64,000 nucleotides of DNA from Octopus vulgaris. Lineage: Eukaryota. Below are positions 1-12,866 of this stretch, one piece after another; the first letter of the stretch is position 1, and each line of letters starts with the position of its first letter. Both the position numbers and the translations under genes were made by a program. The stretch is taken from positions 21,266,001 through 21,330,000 of the forward strand of contig OX597842.1 of assembly GCA_951406725.2 (NCBI GenBank), written 5' to 3'. The notes below the pieces were generated by a model. That model did no database searches. It had not been told where the DNA came from and saw nothing but the letters and a program-made list of their open reading frames with translations.

Positions 1-214
1 AGGCAGTGTATTTCAACAGAGGTCATCGTCATCATTATCAGCATCATCATCATAATCACCATCATTATCATCATCATCATTATCATCACTCAAAGTTCGT
101 TTTCCATGCTGGCATGGATTGGACGGTTTGACAGAATCTGGTCATCCGGGCAACTGTCCCGACTCCAATTGCCTGTTTCTACAACCGGATGCCCTTCCTA
201 GCACCAACCTTCCT

Positions 215-418
215 ACTATAGGTACAAGGCCTGAAATTTGAGGGAGGAGGATAGTCAATTACATCGACCCCAGTGCATAACTGGTACTTATTTCATCGGC
301 CCCAAAAGGATGAAAGGCAAAGTCGACCACGGCGGAATTTGAACTCAGAACATAGAGGCAGACGAAATACTGCTAAGCATTTCATCCGGCATGCTACCAA
401 TTCTGCCAGCTCGCCGCC
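215..418 (-). mobile_element. tRNA-derived SINE family B (Octopus OR-type), partial
   Basis: Reverse complement reads ggcggcgagctggcagaa...gttctgagttcaaattccgccgtggtcgactttgcctttcatcc, matching the copies at 10394, 15385 and 17324. Confidence 0.8.
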
Positions 419-1056
419 TTTTCCTATCCCCAACCACTCTACAGAATATGCTGTGTGCTTTTTACGTGCCACCGGCACCCGTAAAGGACAAGTTTATGGT
501 AACAAAAGGGTTAAAGTGATCAAAATTAAAACCTTCCATTCAAAATTTTATGTTAATTTATGTTTAATATATGTTAATTTATGTTCCAAACACCAGATTG
601 ATAATGGCAAAGCTATTTTACGAAATTCTTCACCATTTTCAAAACTGATTGAAAAAAAGTACAGTTTTTCAGTTGAAGTCATCATCAATCGCATCATCAT
701 CATCATCATCAATCATCACCAATCATCATCATCAATCATCAGACATCACCATCAATCATCATTATCTTCAATCATCATCAAACGCATATTATCGTTTTCA
801 TCATCAACAACAACATTCTAACGTCCACTTTTCCATGCTTGTATTGGACAAGCAAGAGTAAGATGGAGCAGAGTTTTGGAAAAGGTGATGCCAAACCAAC
901 GATGATGATAATGACGATGTTACATAAAATATGGAGATAGTTTATGCAAAAACCAACTATTCTACCCGGGTCAGTGAAAGTCAGTAATAAGGTTGGCCAA
1001 TATCATTCCTGGCCTTTCTTAATGATAATGATGGCTACAAATACAAATATGAAAAT

Positions 1057-1205
1057 TTAGACATAGGTTGGTAAGCTGTCTTCTGATCCATTAGTTTCAG
1101 CATCTTTTGTTGTTGTTGTTTCAGCATCTTTTGTTGTTGTTGTTTCAGCATCTTTTGTTGTCGTTGTTTCAGCATCTTTTGTTGTCGTTGTTTCTGTTTT
1201 TTCAC
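1057..1205 (-). CDS. Candidate terminal coding exon with four ETTTTKDA repeats, ending ...SLPTYV*
   Basis: Minus-strand acceptor catcttttgcag, then a 24-bp tandem repeat that stays open for 48 codons to TAA; no homology recognised. Confidence 0.3.
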
Positions 1206-1623
1206 CTGCAAAAGATGAACAGTAAAACATATACTTTTTAAGCAGTAATAAATCTCAGAGCGAGTTATAAACAGTAGCTGCAACACATTGTGACGTATAT
1301 TTGCCATTTAAATATGGCTAACCCCTAAAAGTGGATGCTACTGTAGTTTGTAGCCCCAGGAGGACACCTTCTCCAGCTGTAGCCAGTGTGTCTATAGCCA
1401 GCTGGAGGAGGTGTCCTCCTGGGGCTACAAACTACAGTAGCATCCACCCTTAGGGTTAGCCATATTTAAATTGCAAATATACGTCACGATGTGTTGCAGC
1501 TACTGTTTATAACTCGCTCTGAGATTTATTACTGCTTAAAAAGTATATGTTTTACTGTTCATCTTTTGCAGGTGAAAAAACAGAAACAACGACAACAAAA
1601 GATGCTGAAACAACGACAACAAA
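1154..1623. repeat. Near-perfect palindrome, arms about 225 bp, about 20-nt centre
   Basis: 1154-1379 is the reverse complement of about 1400-1623; the ORF track gives the same peptide on both strands. Confidence 0.9.
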
Positions 1624-1799
1624 CGACCCCATATAAACGAACCTTTTGTTTACTAATATTGTGCAGAGTAAGATACACCCTTGTCACCCATAAAGTTAAT
1701 CAAGTTGTACAGAAATTTCTATGCCACTGAAACCAGAAAACTGGCCCTTATGAGCCTGGCATCGCTTGAGAAGGAAATCAAGTTGTAGTCAGATGTTAC

Positions 1800-2325
<526 letters not shown>

Positions 2326-2429
2326 ATTTGTCTAAAAGTATTGCCCAACATTTACTGAATCTTGAGTCTGTGTGCCCCAGATTCCTGAATTCTGTTCTCA
2401 TCACCTTCTTCTAAGTAAAATGCATTTGA

Positions 2430-2650
2430 TCTCATCTATTTTCTGTACATCTCTTGTGTTTATTGCACATGTACATCTACCACACACAAAGACTATTTTC
2501 CATGTTGACATTCCTCTAACATTGCAGCACCTCTTATGTGTACATAGCTTGCATGAGGTACACCTGATGAAGTTTCTACTTATGCCTCTTCCACATGTCA
2601 AGCATGGCCATTTCCCTGAAAGGATTTGTTTGCTTTCAAACTTATTAAGA
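2430..2650 (-). mobile_element. RTE-type LINE fragment (Cys-rich, PHD-like segment)
   Basis: GKWPCLTCGRGISRNFIRCTSCKLCTHKRC...FVCGRC, a segment recalled from invertebrate RTE-like ORFs. Confidence 0.55.
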
Positions 2651-3169
2651 CTATAGTCTTTGTTCCATGAAATATAAGTTCCACAAATTGCAGTTCTTGC
2701 TTCCATACCTGAAATTTCTTTTCTCATGCCATTATTTATTCAGCTAAAACAAGAAGGCAATCAACATAGTGGGGCTCCCAGGGGCATCCCAACATTAGGT
2801 TAATGTCCAGTCATAGAGTGACCAGTGGTCCCACAGCCACAAAAGTAAATGTAAGAACATGCTTGAACAAACACTGGTTACGTGAAAGGAGAGGAGAGAG
2901 ATAAGGGGTGGAGGGATAAAAGAATTAGGGGAAGAAAGAGGAAATCAAAAGAACATAGATAAGGTACAAGGAGATAAACGAGGATGGAAAGTAGGAAGAT
3001 TTAAGAAAGAAAAGGCCTGAAAATAGTAAATTTCTTTGATGAGACCCTGGACCTTGAACCAGGTACCTATATTAAGCTCCGTGTAAGGAGCTTGATATAA
3101 CTTTGAAAACAGTTTTAAATAACATTTCAAGTAAATGCAACTACAAAAGTGGAAAGAATGTCATCAAAT

Positions 3170-3685
<516 letters not shown>

Positions 3686-3892
3686 CCTGTGTGACTTTCA
3701 CTATTTTCAATACATGTCACATATCTGCGGAACATGTCTGCAGATATTGCCACCCTGTACTTGATTTAGTTGACTATCATTGCTACCCAGATGGGATTTG
3801 TTTAGTTGAACCGTTACCTCTTTCTTCTGAAAACCAGTGTTTTGAATGCGCCCGGATTATTTTAATCGTGAGGTCACAGGAGTTAAAGAACT

Positions 3893-4316
3893 CTTTTACT
3901 CTTTTACTCTTTTACTTATTTCAGTCCTTTGACTGCGGCCATGCTGGAGCACCGCCATTAGTCGAGCAAATCGACCCCGGGACTTATTCTTTGTAAGCCC
4001 AGTACTTATTCTATCGGTCTCTTTTGCCGAACCGCTAAGTGACGGGGACGTAAACACACCAGCATCGGTTGTCAAGCAATGCTAGGGGGACAAACACAGA
4101 CACACGAACACACATACACACACACACACATATATATATATATACACATATATACGACAGGCTTCTTTCAGTTTCCGTCTACCAAATCCACTCACAAGGC
4201 TTTGGTCGACCCGGGGCTATAGCAGAAGACACTTGCCCAAGATGCCACACAGTGGGACTGAACCCGGAACCATGTGGTTGGTTAGCAAGCTACTTACCAC
4301 ACAGCCACTCCTGCGC
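3893..4316 (-). mobile_element. SINE family A
   Basis: Reverse complement of the 3170-3685 consensus. Confidence 0.9.
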
Positions 4317-4709
4317 AGAACTTCAAGGTATGTATGTTCGTTACGGAATTTTGCAATCACAGTTCTTCGCCTGTTTACTTTAAAACTGTTAAAAGTTCTA
4401 CAAATGCTTTTCCCAGGTTGCAACTGGCTTAAATATATATTTTGTATTTCAGAAATATGGCAAGCTGTGAGAGAAGAAAATGCAAAAACAGCCCCTATGC
4501 CTCCCTTATATTTGTGGATGTTACTCTTTACCTAGGTCCCAAACAAACTCACAGATATTGTGAAGAAAGCTTACCTTAATTACTTTGGCATGAAACTGGG
4601 TGATCAAGACAAAACCTAGGCGCTCCATATTGTGTATAAAATGTGTTGAAAAACTGAGAAAGTTATTCATTCAAATACTCAAACAGAAAATCTCCCACTT
4701 TGTCTAGAG

Positions 4710-4898
4710 CAGTGGTTTTCAACCAAGGTTCCGCCAGTACAGTCCAGGGGTTCCGCAAGAAGTTACAAAACTGCTAAAATCGGCAGTAATTTTTAATTCT
4801 CCTGTGCAGAAGACTATTAAATTATTGCACAGGGGTTCCCCGAGCCAGTGGAATGTTTCCTTGGGGTTCCTCTCCAGCAAAAAGATTGAAAAGCACTG
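4710..4898. mobile_element. hAT (Charlie-like) MITE
   Basis: TIRs cagtggttttcaacc / gattgaaaagcactg; exact 8-bp TSD gtctagag at 4702-4709 and 4899-4906. Confidence 0.9.
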
Positions 4899-5301
4899 GT
4901 CTAGAGAGAAAATTAAGTCTGGTGTATTTCATGGGCCATAGATTGGGTGGACGTTTTGGAGATCAGATCTGGCACTGGTAAAGAAGCATGAAATACTTTT
5001 GCTGAAGCTGTCGGAATTCATTGGAAGCAAAAAGTCATCAAATTATGAAGAACTTGTGTAGAAGCTGTTAACCTGTTTTCAACATGAGTTTTCAAGTTGA
5101 TTCCCTGCACAGTCATCTTGACTACTCTCTTGGAAATCATAGAGCAATAAGTGAACAAGTTGAAAGGCTCGATGAAGAGATGGAGACCATAGGGACTAGA
5201 TCTCAAACATGATCGCTGACGACTACCTCTGGTCTGTGCAAAGAGATTATCGTGATGCATGTTATTTATGCAAAGCAGCAAAGAGAAAATTCACTCCTTA
5301 A

Positions 5302-5521
5302 CCCTTTCATTACTGTATTTATTTTGAGATGCTCCACGTTTCATTCAATTATTTTAAATATAACAAAGAATTTAGAAAATAATTTAGTTATCATTAAGCT
5401 AGTGTTAAGAACATAAATTGCGACTAAGGTTTGGTGGAAGATTTTAATGCAAAACTTATGAAAACAAGACATTTGTACTACAGAGCCAGAGCTGGTTTTG
5501 GCCGGGTTGGTAATGAAAGGG
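5302..5521. mobile_element. piggyBac-like MITE
   Basis: TIRs ccctttcattac / gtaatgaaaggg flanked by TTAA on both sides. Confidence 0.85.
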
Positions 5522-6500
5522 TTAAATAGCCCAAACTCTACTTCCACAGACATAGCTATCCTAAAGTATGTAATTAAGCATTATGTGTAATATATTTTTC
5601 TGAAAAAAGAGACACTATTTATTTTGTATTAGTTTCTTATTTTCAATACCAATTTAAAAGCAAAATTGAAATTTTCTGCTAGAAGATTAATTTCTGTTTA
5701 ACAAAAAACTTGACATGACAGAAAATTTCTGAGGGCATTTCTGAACGCAACACCATTTAATTAAGGTGGGACTAATTGCGAAAACCATGACAAATTAAAT
5801 GTTCTCCAGTGTTATGAGTAAAGATACAAGAGTGCTTATTCAGAGAGTAAGCTGTAGAAGAAGCATCTGAGGTGAAAGATGAAAACTAACTATAGTTTTG
5901 AAAAATCAGTATACCAAATTTTAATGTAAACCAAATGAAAATTATGTTCAAAATTGTCCTCCTGTGTGATCTAACATTTGCACACAGACTTAAGAACTGC
6001 AGGTTCTTTGGTCTGTTGTAACACCACTGAGATCTGTCCCTTTTTCAGCTTTGCTTACCCTTTTGTTACCCTATTTCTGTTGAAATATACTACCTTTATA
6101 TCAATATATTTTGAAAATAAAGAATTTAATAAAATACCTTTGTCGTTTTTAAGCTGATGTTTGGAACATGAATTAACATAAAACAAGGTTTTAATTTAGA
6201 TATCTTTAAACATATTTGATCGGTGGAAATGATTTTTCCGCAGCAAAAATATTGGGCAATAAAGAAATAAATATTTTCATTTTCATTTTATATTTTCAAC
6301 ATTATAGGTACATGAGGGGCTGTGTGGTTAGTATAGGTGCAGGAGTGACTGTATAGTAAGTAGCTTGCTTATCAACCACATGGTTCCGGGTTCAGTCCCA
6401 CTACGTGGCACCTTGGGCAAGTGTCTTCTACTATAGCCTCGGGCTAACGAAAGCCTTGTGAGTGGATTTGGTAGACGGAAACTGAAAGAAGCCCGTCGTA

Positions 6501-6552
<52 letters not shown>

Positions 6553-6555
<3 letters not shown>

Positions 6556-7209
6556 GTAATGCAATACGAGAGTATTGCTTTCCAGTAAAGGATAGCCCGT
6601 GAGGGTAAAATTATACATAAAAGTAAATAAATGGTACAACGAAGCACCGGTATTTACTGGAAAATAGCGAACGTAATAAAAACGACGCTAATGTATAGCT
6701 TCACTGCGTATGTACTAGTAAAGATGCGTGTGTGCAACAAACATGAAAAATATTGTCTAACCTCTTATTATACTTTTATATATAATTTTACCCTCACGGG
6801 CTATCCTTTACTGGAAAGCAATACTCTCGTATTGCATTACTATTTTCATTGAAACTTCTTCACTGTTCTCGTTCTGTTAACGTTTTGGCGTTCAGACGAG
6901 TGTACTGGCATAGATGTGGCAACATTTGAAATATTGTCGAGGTTTATGCAGCTGATGAAGATAAATCAAATATACGTTTGGCAAGCGTATTTTGAAAAAT
7001 CCGAAACCGGTACTGCATTATCCGTTATCTAGGTTTTTCATTTTTCAGATGTTCTTCCTAGAGGTAAGACAATTTTTTTCATGTTTGTTGCACATACGCA
7101 TCTTTACTAGTACGTACGCAGTGAAGCTATACATTAGCATCGTATTTATTAGGTTCGCTATTTTCCAGTAAATACCGGTGCTTCGTTGTACCATTTATTT
7201 ACTTTTATG

Positions 7210-7212
<3 letters not shown>
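6553..7212 (+). mobile_element. Penelope-like pLTR / retrozyme-like element with an inverted partial copy
   Basis: About 440-bp monomer at 6772-7212 containing a hammerhead; 6553-6765 is the reverse complement of the monomer end-to-start junction. Confidence 0.7.
6946..7018 (+). ncRNA. Type I hammerhead ribozyme
   Basis: ATGCAG-CTGATGA-[stem II]-GAAAC-CG-GTA-CTGCAT: 6-bp stem I, intact core boxes, palindromic stem III ACCGGT. Confidence 0.8.
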
Positions 7213-7253
<41 letters not shown>

Positions 7254-7860
7254 CGCGTATGTTTGTGTGTCTGTGTTTGTCCCCCTAGCATTGCTTGACA
7301 ATCGATGCTGGTGTGTTTATGTTTCCATCACTTAGCGGTTCGGCAAAAGAGACCGATAGAATAAGTACTGGGCTTACAAAGAATAAGTCCCGGGGTTGAG
7401 TTGCTCGATTAAAGGCGGTGCTCAAGCATGGCCGCAGTCAAATGACTGAAACAATTAAAAGAGAAAGAGAAAAGAGAGGGGTAGTGCTCATGTTGAACGT
7501 GAGAGATAAAGCCGAAAGACATTAACTCCGAAGTCAGACTATAGGAGTTAATGGCTGATCACTGCTGAAGTTGTACTCCACATTCTTTACAAGTGGTATT
7601 GCTACATTCAAGCACCATGTTTCAACGTAACTCCATAAATACTGTACATGTGATTGTTCTTTGAGCTGCTGGTACTTGGACACCAGAGATGAATCTATGG
7701 TATTAACTTGGAACTCACCTGAAATGGTAAATATAGAATTCTGTGTCTGTACATTTTATTAGAGATATCTGAATCAGAAAACTCACAAGATAATTACAGT
7801 TGAGAAATATTATCTAGAAAAGAATTCAACAATGCTTTCTCTACCAAATCTATTGAAGAC

Positions 7861-8315
7861 TGTCTATAGCCAGCTGGAGGAGGTTTCCTCCTGGGGCTAC
7901 AAATTACAGTAGCATCCACCCTTAGGGGTTAGCCATATTTAAATGGCAAATATACGTCACGATGTGTTGTAGCTACTGTTTATAACTCGCTCTGAGATTT
8001 ATTATTGCTTCTTTACACTTTTTCGATATCAGTGTCTGTACGATACTGGAAAAAGGATATATATTTGTGAAGGGAACCTACTTTTCATCGACGACTGTGA
8101 TTGTCACACGCTGATAACGAGTCAATACTCAGAAACTCAAGTCCATGTGTATCATAAGTTGAAGACGGGAATTATGGCTTCCTTTTGCAAATACTGATAG
8201 GGCACAGAAGGTGTGTCTATAGCCAGCTGGAGGAGGTGTCCTCCTGGGGCTACAAACTACAGTAGCATCAACCCTTAGGGGTTAGCCATGTTTAAATGGC
8301 AAATATACGTCACTA
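7861..8315 (+). mobile_element. Second Penelope-like/retrozyme-like family, 1.3 tandem monomers (353-bp period)
   Basis: tgtctatagccagctggaggagg recurs at 7861 and 8214; related pieces at 1245-1535, 14430-14690 and 52360-52515. Confidence 0.65.
8105..8149 (+). ncRNA. Variant type I hammerhead motif (CUGAUAA core)
   Basis: CACACG-CTGATAA-c-GAGT caat ACTC-a-GAAAC-tcaa-GTC-CATGTG; the copy at 14515 has GTC-CGTGTG, which restores perfect stem I pairing. Confidence 0.55.
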
Positions 8316-8469
8316 TGTATTTTGTTCTATCTTATGTAATCTGTTTTTAATTATTTTAATTCAACTTTAAATTTGAAGTTTCCATCTTAATTAGATGTAA
8401 GAACCCTTTGTAAAGTCATTTTACTAAATCACTCCAAATTGTTAATTACTTGCAAAATTATTTAACATA

Positions 8470-8850
8470 CTCTCTCTCTTTTACTTGTTTCAGTCATTTG
8501 ACTGCGGCCATGCTGGAGCACCGCCTTTAGTCGAGCAAATCGATCCCAGGACTTATTCTTTGTAAGCCCAGTACTTATTCTATCGGTCTCTTTTGCCGAA
8601 CCGCTAAATGATGGGGATGTAAACACACCAGCATCGGTTGTCAAGCAATGCTAGGGGGACAAACATACACATACATATATATACATATATACGACGGGTT
8701 TCTTTCAGTTTCCGTCTACCAAATCCACTCACAAGGCATTGGTCGGCCCGAGGCTATAGCAGAAGACTCTTGCCCAAGATGCCACGCAATGGGACTGAAC
8801 CCGGAACCATGTGGTTGGTAAGCAAGCTACTTACCACACAGCCACTCCTA
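8470..8850 (-). mobile_element. SINE family A
   Basis: Matches family consensus. Confidence 0.9.
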
Positions 8851-9639
8851 CATACAGAGGTATTTTTTAAAACTAGTAAAAAAATGTTACGAAATGGTTA
8901 AAATGGTTTAAATAGAAATGTGTGTGTGATCATGTATTAACTTTACTTACACTTATATGTTGGGGACCGCTTTTCCTCTTAAATATAGATTTCTGTCTAA
9001 GATATTCAAATATATCTCACTGTATCTACAGTAAATTTTTTAAATGTCAACATTTCAGAATATTTATCATGGTTAGATTTACATTTTATTACCTCATTAA
9101 TCCTTTAATTAACAACTCATTAATTATCAAAAGTGTTCAGTAATATCTACAGAAATGGACTCGTCCATACATCAATAACTAACATTTTCATATAAAAACT
9201 ATATTTGTAAACAATAAATGTTTACGTGTACATAATTAATTAATTTGATGTAATGGTTCCTTAATCAATTTTAATGGTTGAGTATTCCACAGACATCTAT
9301 ATCCTGATGCGATATGTGACGAATCTGTCCCTTTCGAGTGCAATCCATCTAATATGCTTCTCCACAATTTCACTTTAAATGTTTTGGGTTAATCCGAGGC
9401 TATGACAGACAACATTGGTCCAGTGACATTACTGGTGCACATCTTACTGATCCCAGAGTGACAATAGATTCTGGTAGGATTTGAACTTGCAACATAAAGA
9501 GACAAAACTAAAAATCGTATTGTAATCATTCTGTATTTACTACAAGGATCAAAGAAAGGGGTATTTTACGCGAAATGTAGTGTTTTACATGAACTGAATG
9601 AAGGGAAAGAATTCGAACCCATAATATTGAGGTAATTTG

Positions 9640-9937
9640 TTTTTGTTTGTTCCTTCTCGAGCCATGCCTGGCTCAGAAGGGCCGGTTTCCCGGTTTCTTG
9701 GCGTATAGGTTCCCCACCTGGACGGGACGCCGGTCCGTCACAGGTGAGCTGCAAGATGCAGGAGGAAAGAGTGAGTGAAAGTTGTGGTGAAAGAGTCAGC
9801 AGAAGTTCGCCATTACCTTCTGCCGGAGCCGCTTAGGTGTTTCGCTCATAAACACACACATCGCCCGGTCTGAGATTCGAACCCGCGAACCCTCGACCGC
9901 GAGTCCGCTGCTCTAACCACTAGGCCATGTGCCTCCA
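9640..9937 (-). mobile_element. tRNA-derived SINE family C
   Basis: Minus-strand head gaggcacatggcctagtggttagagc...gggttcgaatct; flanked by the direct repeat cataatattgaggtaat (about 9620 and about 9937). Confidence 0.85.
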
Positions 9938-10040
9938 CATAATATTGAGGTAATGGGTGAGATGAAGTAAAAAATCTACTCAAATGACAACAACATGCTG
10001 TAAAAGAAAGTCTCACAACAACCCATGGTGGGATTGTGCA

Positions 10041-11150
10041 GATGTAGAGGCGTGTTGCCGTCTTTATCTTCCACATTAACATCAGACTTAGAGAACAGTA
10101 GGTGCTTAGCCATGTTTGTGTGTCCATGACCACAGGCCAGATGCAGCGGTGTGTTACCATCTTTATTCACCACATTCACATCAAGTTCAAACAGTAATAG
10201 CTGTTTCAGTATGTTTGTGTGTCCATCAGGACAAGCGAGGTGTAGCGGTGTGTTATCATCATTATTCAGTACATTTACATCAGGCTCAATAAAACCCCAT
10301 TGAAAAGATGAATGAAAATGATTTGGATATTTTAGATTATTGCTGAATTACAGAAGAATAGGAAATGCAGAGATGTGGTAACATTGTTATCCACGGCGAG
10401 CTGGCAGAATCGTTAGCACGACGGGTGAAATGCGTAGCCGTATTTCGTCTGCCGTTACGTTCTGAGTTCAAATTCCGCCAAGGTCGACTTTGCCTTTCAT
10501 CCTTTCGGGGTCGATAAATTAAGTACCAGTTACGCACTGGGGTCGATGTAATCGACTTAATCCGTTTGTCTGTCCTTGTTTGTCCCCTCTGTGTTTAGCC
10601 CCTTGTGGGTAGTAAAGAAATAGGTATTTCGTATGCCGTTACGTTCTGAGTTCAAATTCCGCCAAGGTCGACTTTGCCTTTCATCCTTTCGGGGTCGATA
10701 AATTAAGTACCAGTTACGCACTGGGGTCGATGTAATCGACTTAATCCGTTTGTCTGTCCTTGTTTGTCCCTTCTGTGTTTAGCCCCTTGTGGGTAGTAAA
10801 GAAAGAAAAAAATATTGTTATTCACGACATTGACTCCAGCTTTAGACAACAAGAGAACTTTCACACCGTCTGTGCCTTCCCAACTCATGCCGGATATATA
10901 TATATATATGTGTGACACCATCTTTATTCGCCACGTTTACTTCAGTTTGTATAGTAGGAGCTGCTTCACCACATCTATGTCTCCGTTACTATTAGCCAGA
11001 TATAGCGGTGTCTTACCATCTTTATTCAGCGCATCTGTATCAGCGTTAGAGTGCAGTAGCTGCTTCACCATGTCCGTGTGTCCCTGAGCACAGGCTAGAT
11101 GTAAGGGCGTGTAACCATCTTTATCCCTCGCACTTACATCGGATTCAGAC
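10041..11150 (-). pseudogene. Ankyrin-repeat array, disrupted
   Basis: DKDGYTPLHLACAQGHTDMVKQLL, NKDGKTPLYLA, NNDDNTPLHLAC, NKDGNTPLHLACGHGHTNMAKHLL, DKDGNTPLHL; a frameshift, an (AT)n insertion and a SINE insertion. Confidence 0.85.
10391..10813 (+). mobile_element. SINE family B with internal tandem duplication of about 185 bp
   Basis: Body repeated twice; TSD attgttat at 10383-10390 and 10814-10821. Confidence 0.85.
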
Positions 11151-11300
11151 AATCGAAGACTTCAATCTTCAGTCAAGAACCGGATCATCGTAGCAATTTC
11201 GGCTGATTAATCTTGAGATCGCTCCGATCCGGCCAGCCCCAAGGAAAAACTAAGCTACGAGCATTAGATTTCTTGGAAGAAATGTATACGAAACAGGGAC

Positions 11301-11346
<46 letters not shown>

Positions 11347-11559
11347 TTTAAATAATGAGGGAGATAAATTGAATATTAATTTAATTAACATCAATTTAAA
11401 ACCAGTAGCCTAGTATACAAAAATCTGAAAAATCAGAGAAAATTCTAATACATGAAGAGAACATTCTTTTCTTTGTAGGTTGATCGTAGGTGATCTACTT
11501 CTAGCATACGGCCGACCACCTAGTGGTCTTGCCCTTTGAATATACATATATAAATATAT

Positions 11560-11616
<57 letters not shown>

Positions 11617-11647
11617 ATCAAAATAAAAACATGATGCCAAGGATTCA

Positions 11648-11723
11648 GCGGTACATATTTCGGGCCTTTATTAGACAGATTTATAACAATGCATAATGTA
11701 TGTCTGTGGCCTTCTTCAGCCGC
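11648..11723 (-). ncRNA. Hammerhead motif, copy with a 2-nt deletion in stem III
   Basis: Mirror of 12789-12866 but reads GAAATATGTA instead of GAAACATATGTA. Confidence 0.5.
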
Positions 11724-12788
11724 GCACAACAGCTTCCACAAGGACATGTGTTACATCAAAAATTCTTGGTTGGGGATGCAAATCCTCTCATTCGCGTACG
11801 ACATAATGCGGCAACAGCATAGAATTGAAGCGTCCATCTCTTTCTTCTCTCAATGTAGAATGAGGAAATTTGGATGTTGAAGTAATGTAAATAAATAAAT
11901 ACATATATAGACGTGAAGATGAAGGGGCGAGAATTCAGGACGAGGGATAAAAAATGTATGTATAAAAAGTGTAAGTATAGAAAAATATAAAAATGTAGAG
12001 TATAAAGATATAAAGGGATGTAAGGAGATGTAAAGGGGGTATAAAGAATATAAAGAAATATAAATGAATGTAAAGGCATAAGGTTATAAAGTAAAGATAG
12101 AAATAGAAGTAAAAGTAAAAAGTAAAAAAATAAAAATAGGAATAAACATGATAAAAATGTAAAAAAATATAAAAAAATATAAAGATAAGGGATGTATAGA
12201 GGTTACGGACCAAACATGGTGGTCAGGAGATTGATAAAGTTTAGTTGTAGAAGTTGTCTGGGGACCTAGTGTGTTGTAAATCAGAGCTGTTGAGCGTTTA
12301 ATCTAGTTCTTTGAACATCCCTTATCTTTATATTTTTTTATATTTTTTTTTACATTTTTATCATGTTTATTCCTATTTTTATTTTTTTACTTTTTACTTT
12401 TACTTCTATTTCTATCTTTACTTTATAACCTTATGCCTTTACATTCATTTATATTTCTTTATATTCTTTATACCCCCTTTACATCTCCTTACATCCCTTT
12501 ATATCTTTATACTCTACATTTTTATATTTTTCTATACTTACACTTTTTATACATACATTTTTTATCCCTCGTCCTGAATTCTCGCCCCTCCATCTTCACG
12601 TCTATATATGTATTTATTTATTTACATTACTTCAACATCCAAATTTCCTCATTCTACATTGAGAGAAGAAAGAGATGGACGCTTCAATTCTATGCTGTTG
12701 CCGCATTATGTCGTACGCGAATGAGAGGAATTGCATCCCCAACCAAGAATTTTTGATGTAACACATGTCCTTGTGGAAGCTGTTGTGC

Positions 12789-12866
12789 GCGGCTGAAGAA
12801 GGCCACAGACATACATTATGCATTGTTATAAATCTGTCTAATAAAGGCCCGAAACATATGTACCGC
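12789..12866 (+). ncRNA. Type I hammerhead ribozyme
   Basis: GCGG-CTGAAGA-aGGCC...GGCCc-GAAAC-ATAT-GTA-CCGC; palindromic stem III ACATATGT. Confidence 0.75.

Larger units (their letters stand above)
4530..5810 (+). mobile_element. Decayed DNA transposon with transposase remnants (possibly Sola-like), carrying two nested MITEs
   Basis: Fragments KKAYLNYFGMKLGDQDKT*APHIV, EKIKSGVFHGP, LHSHLDY and MIADDYLWS; superfamily assignment is tentative. Confidence 0.55.
6330..7475 (+). mobile_element. SINE family A split by an insertion into its (TA)n tract
   Basis: Head at 6330-6500 and tail at 7255-7475, with a foreign 660-bp element between (TA)n runs. Confidence 0.85.
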
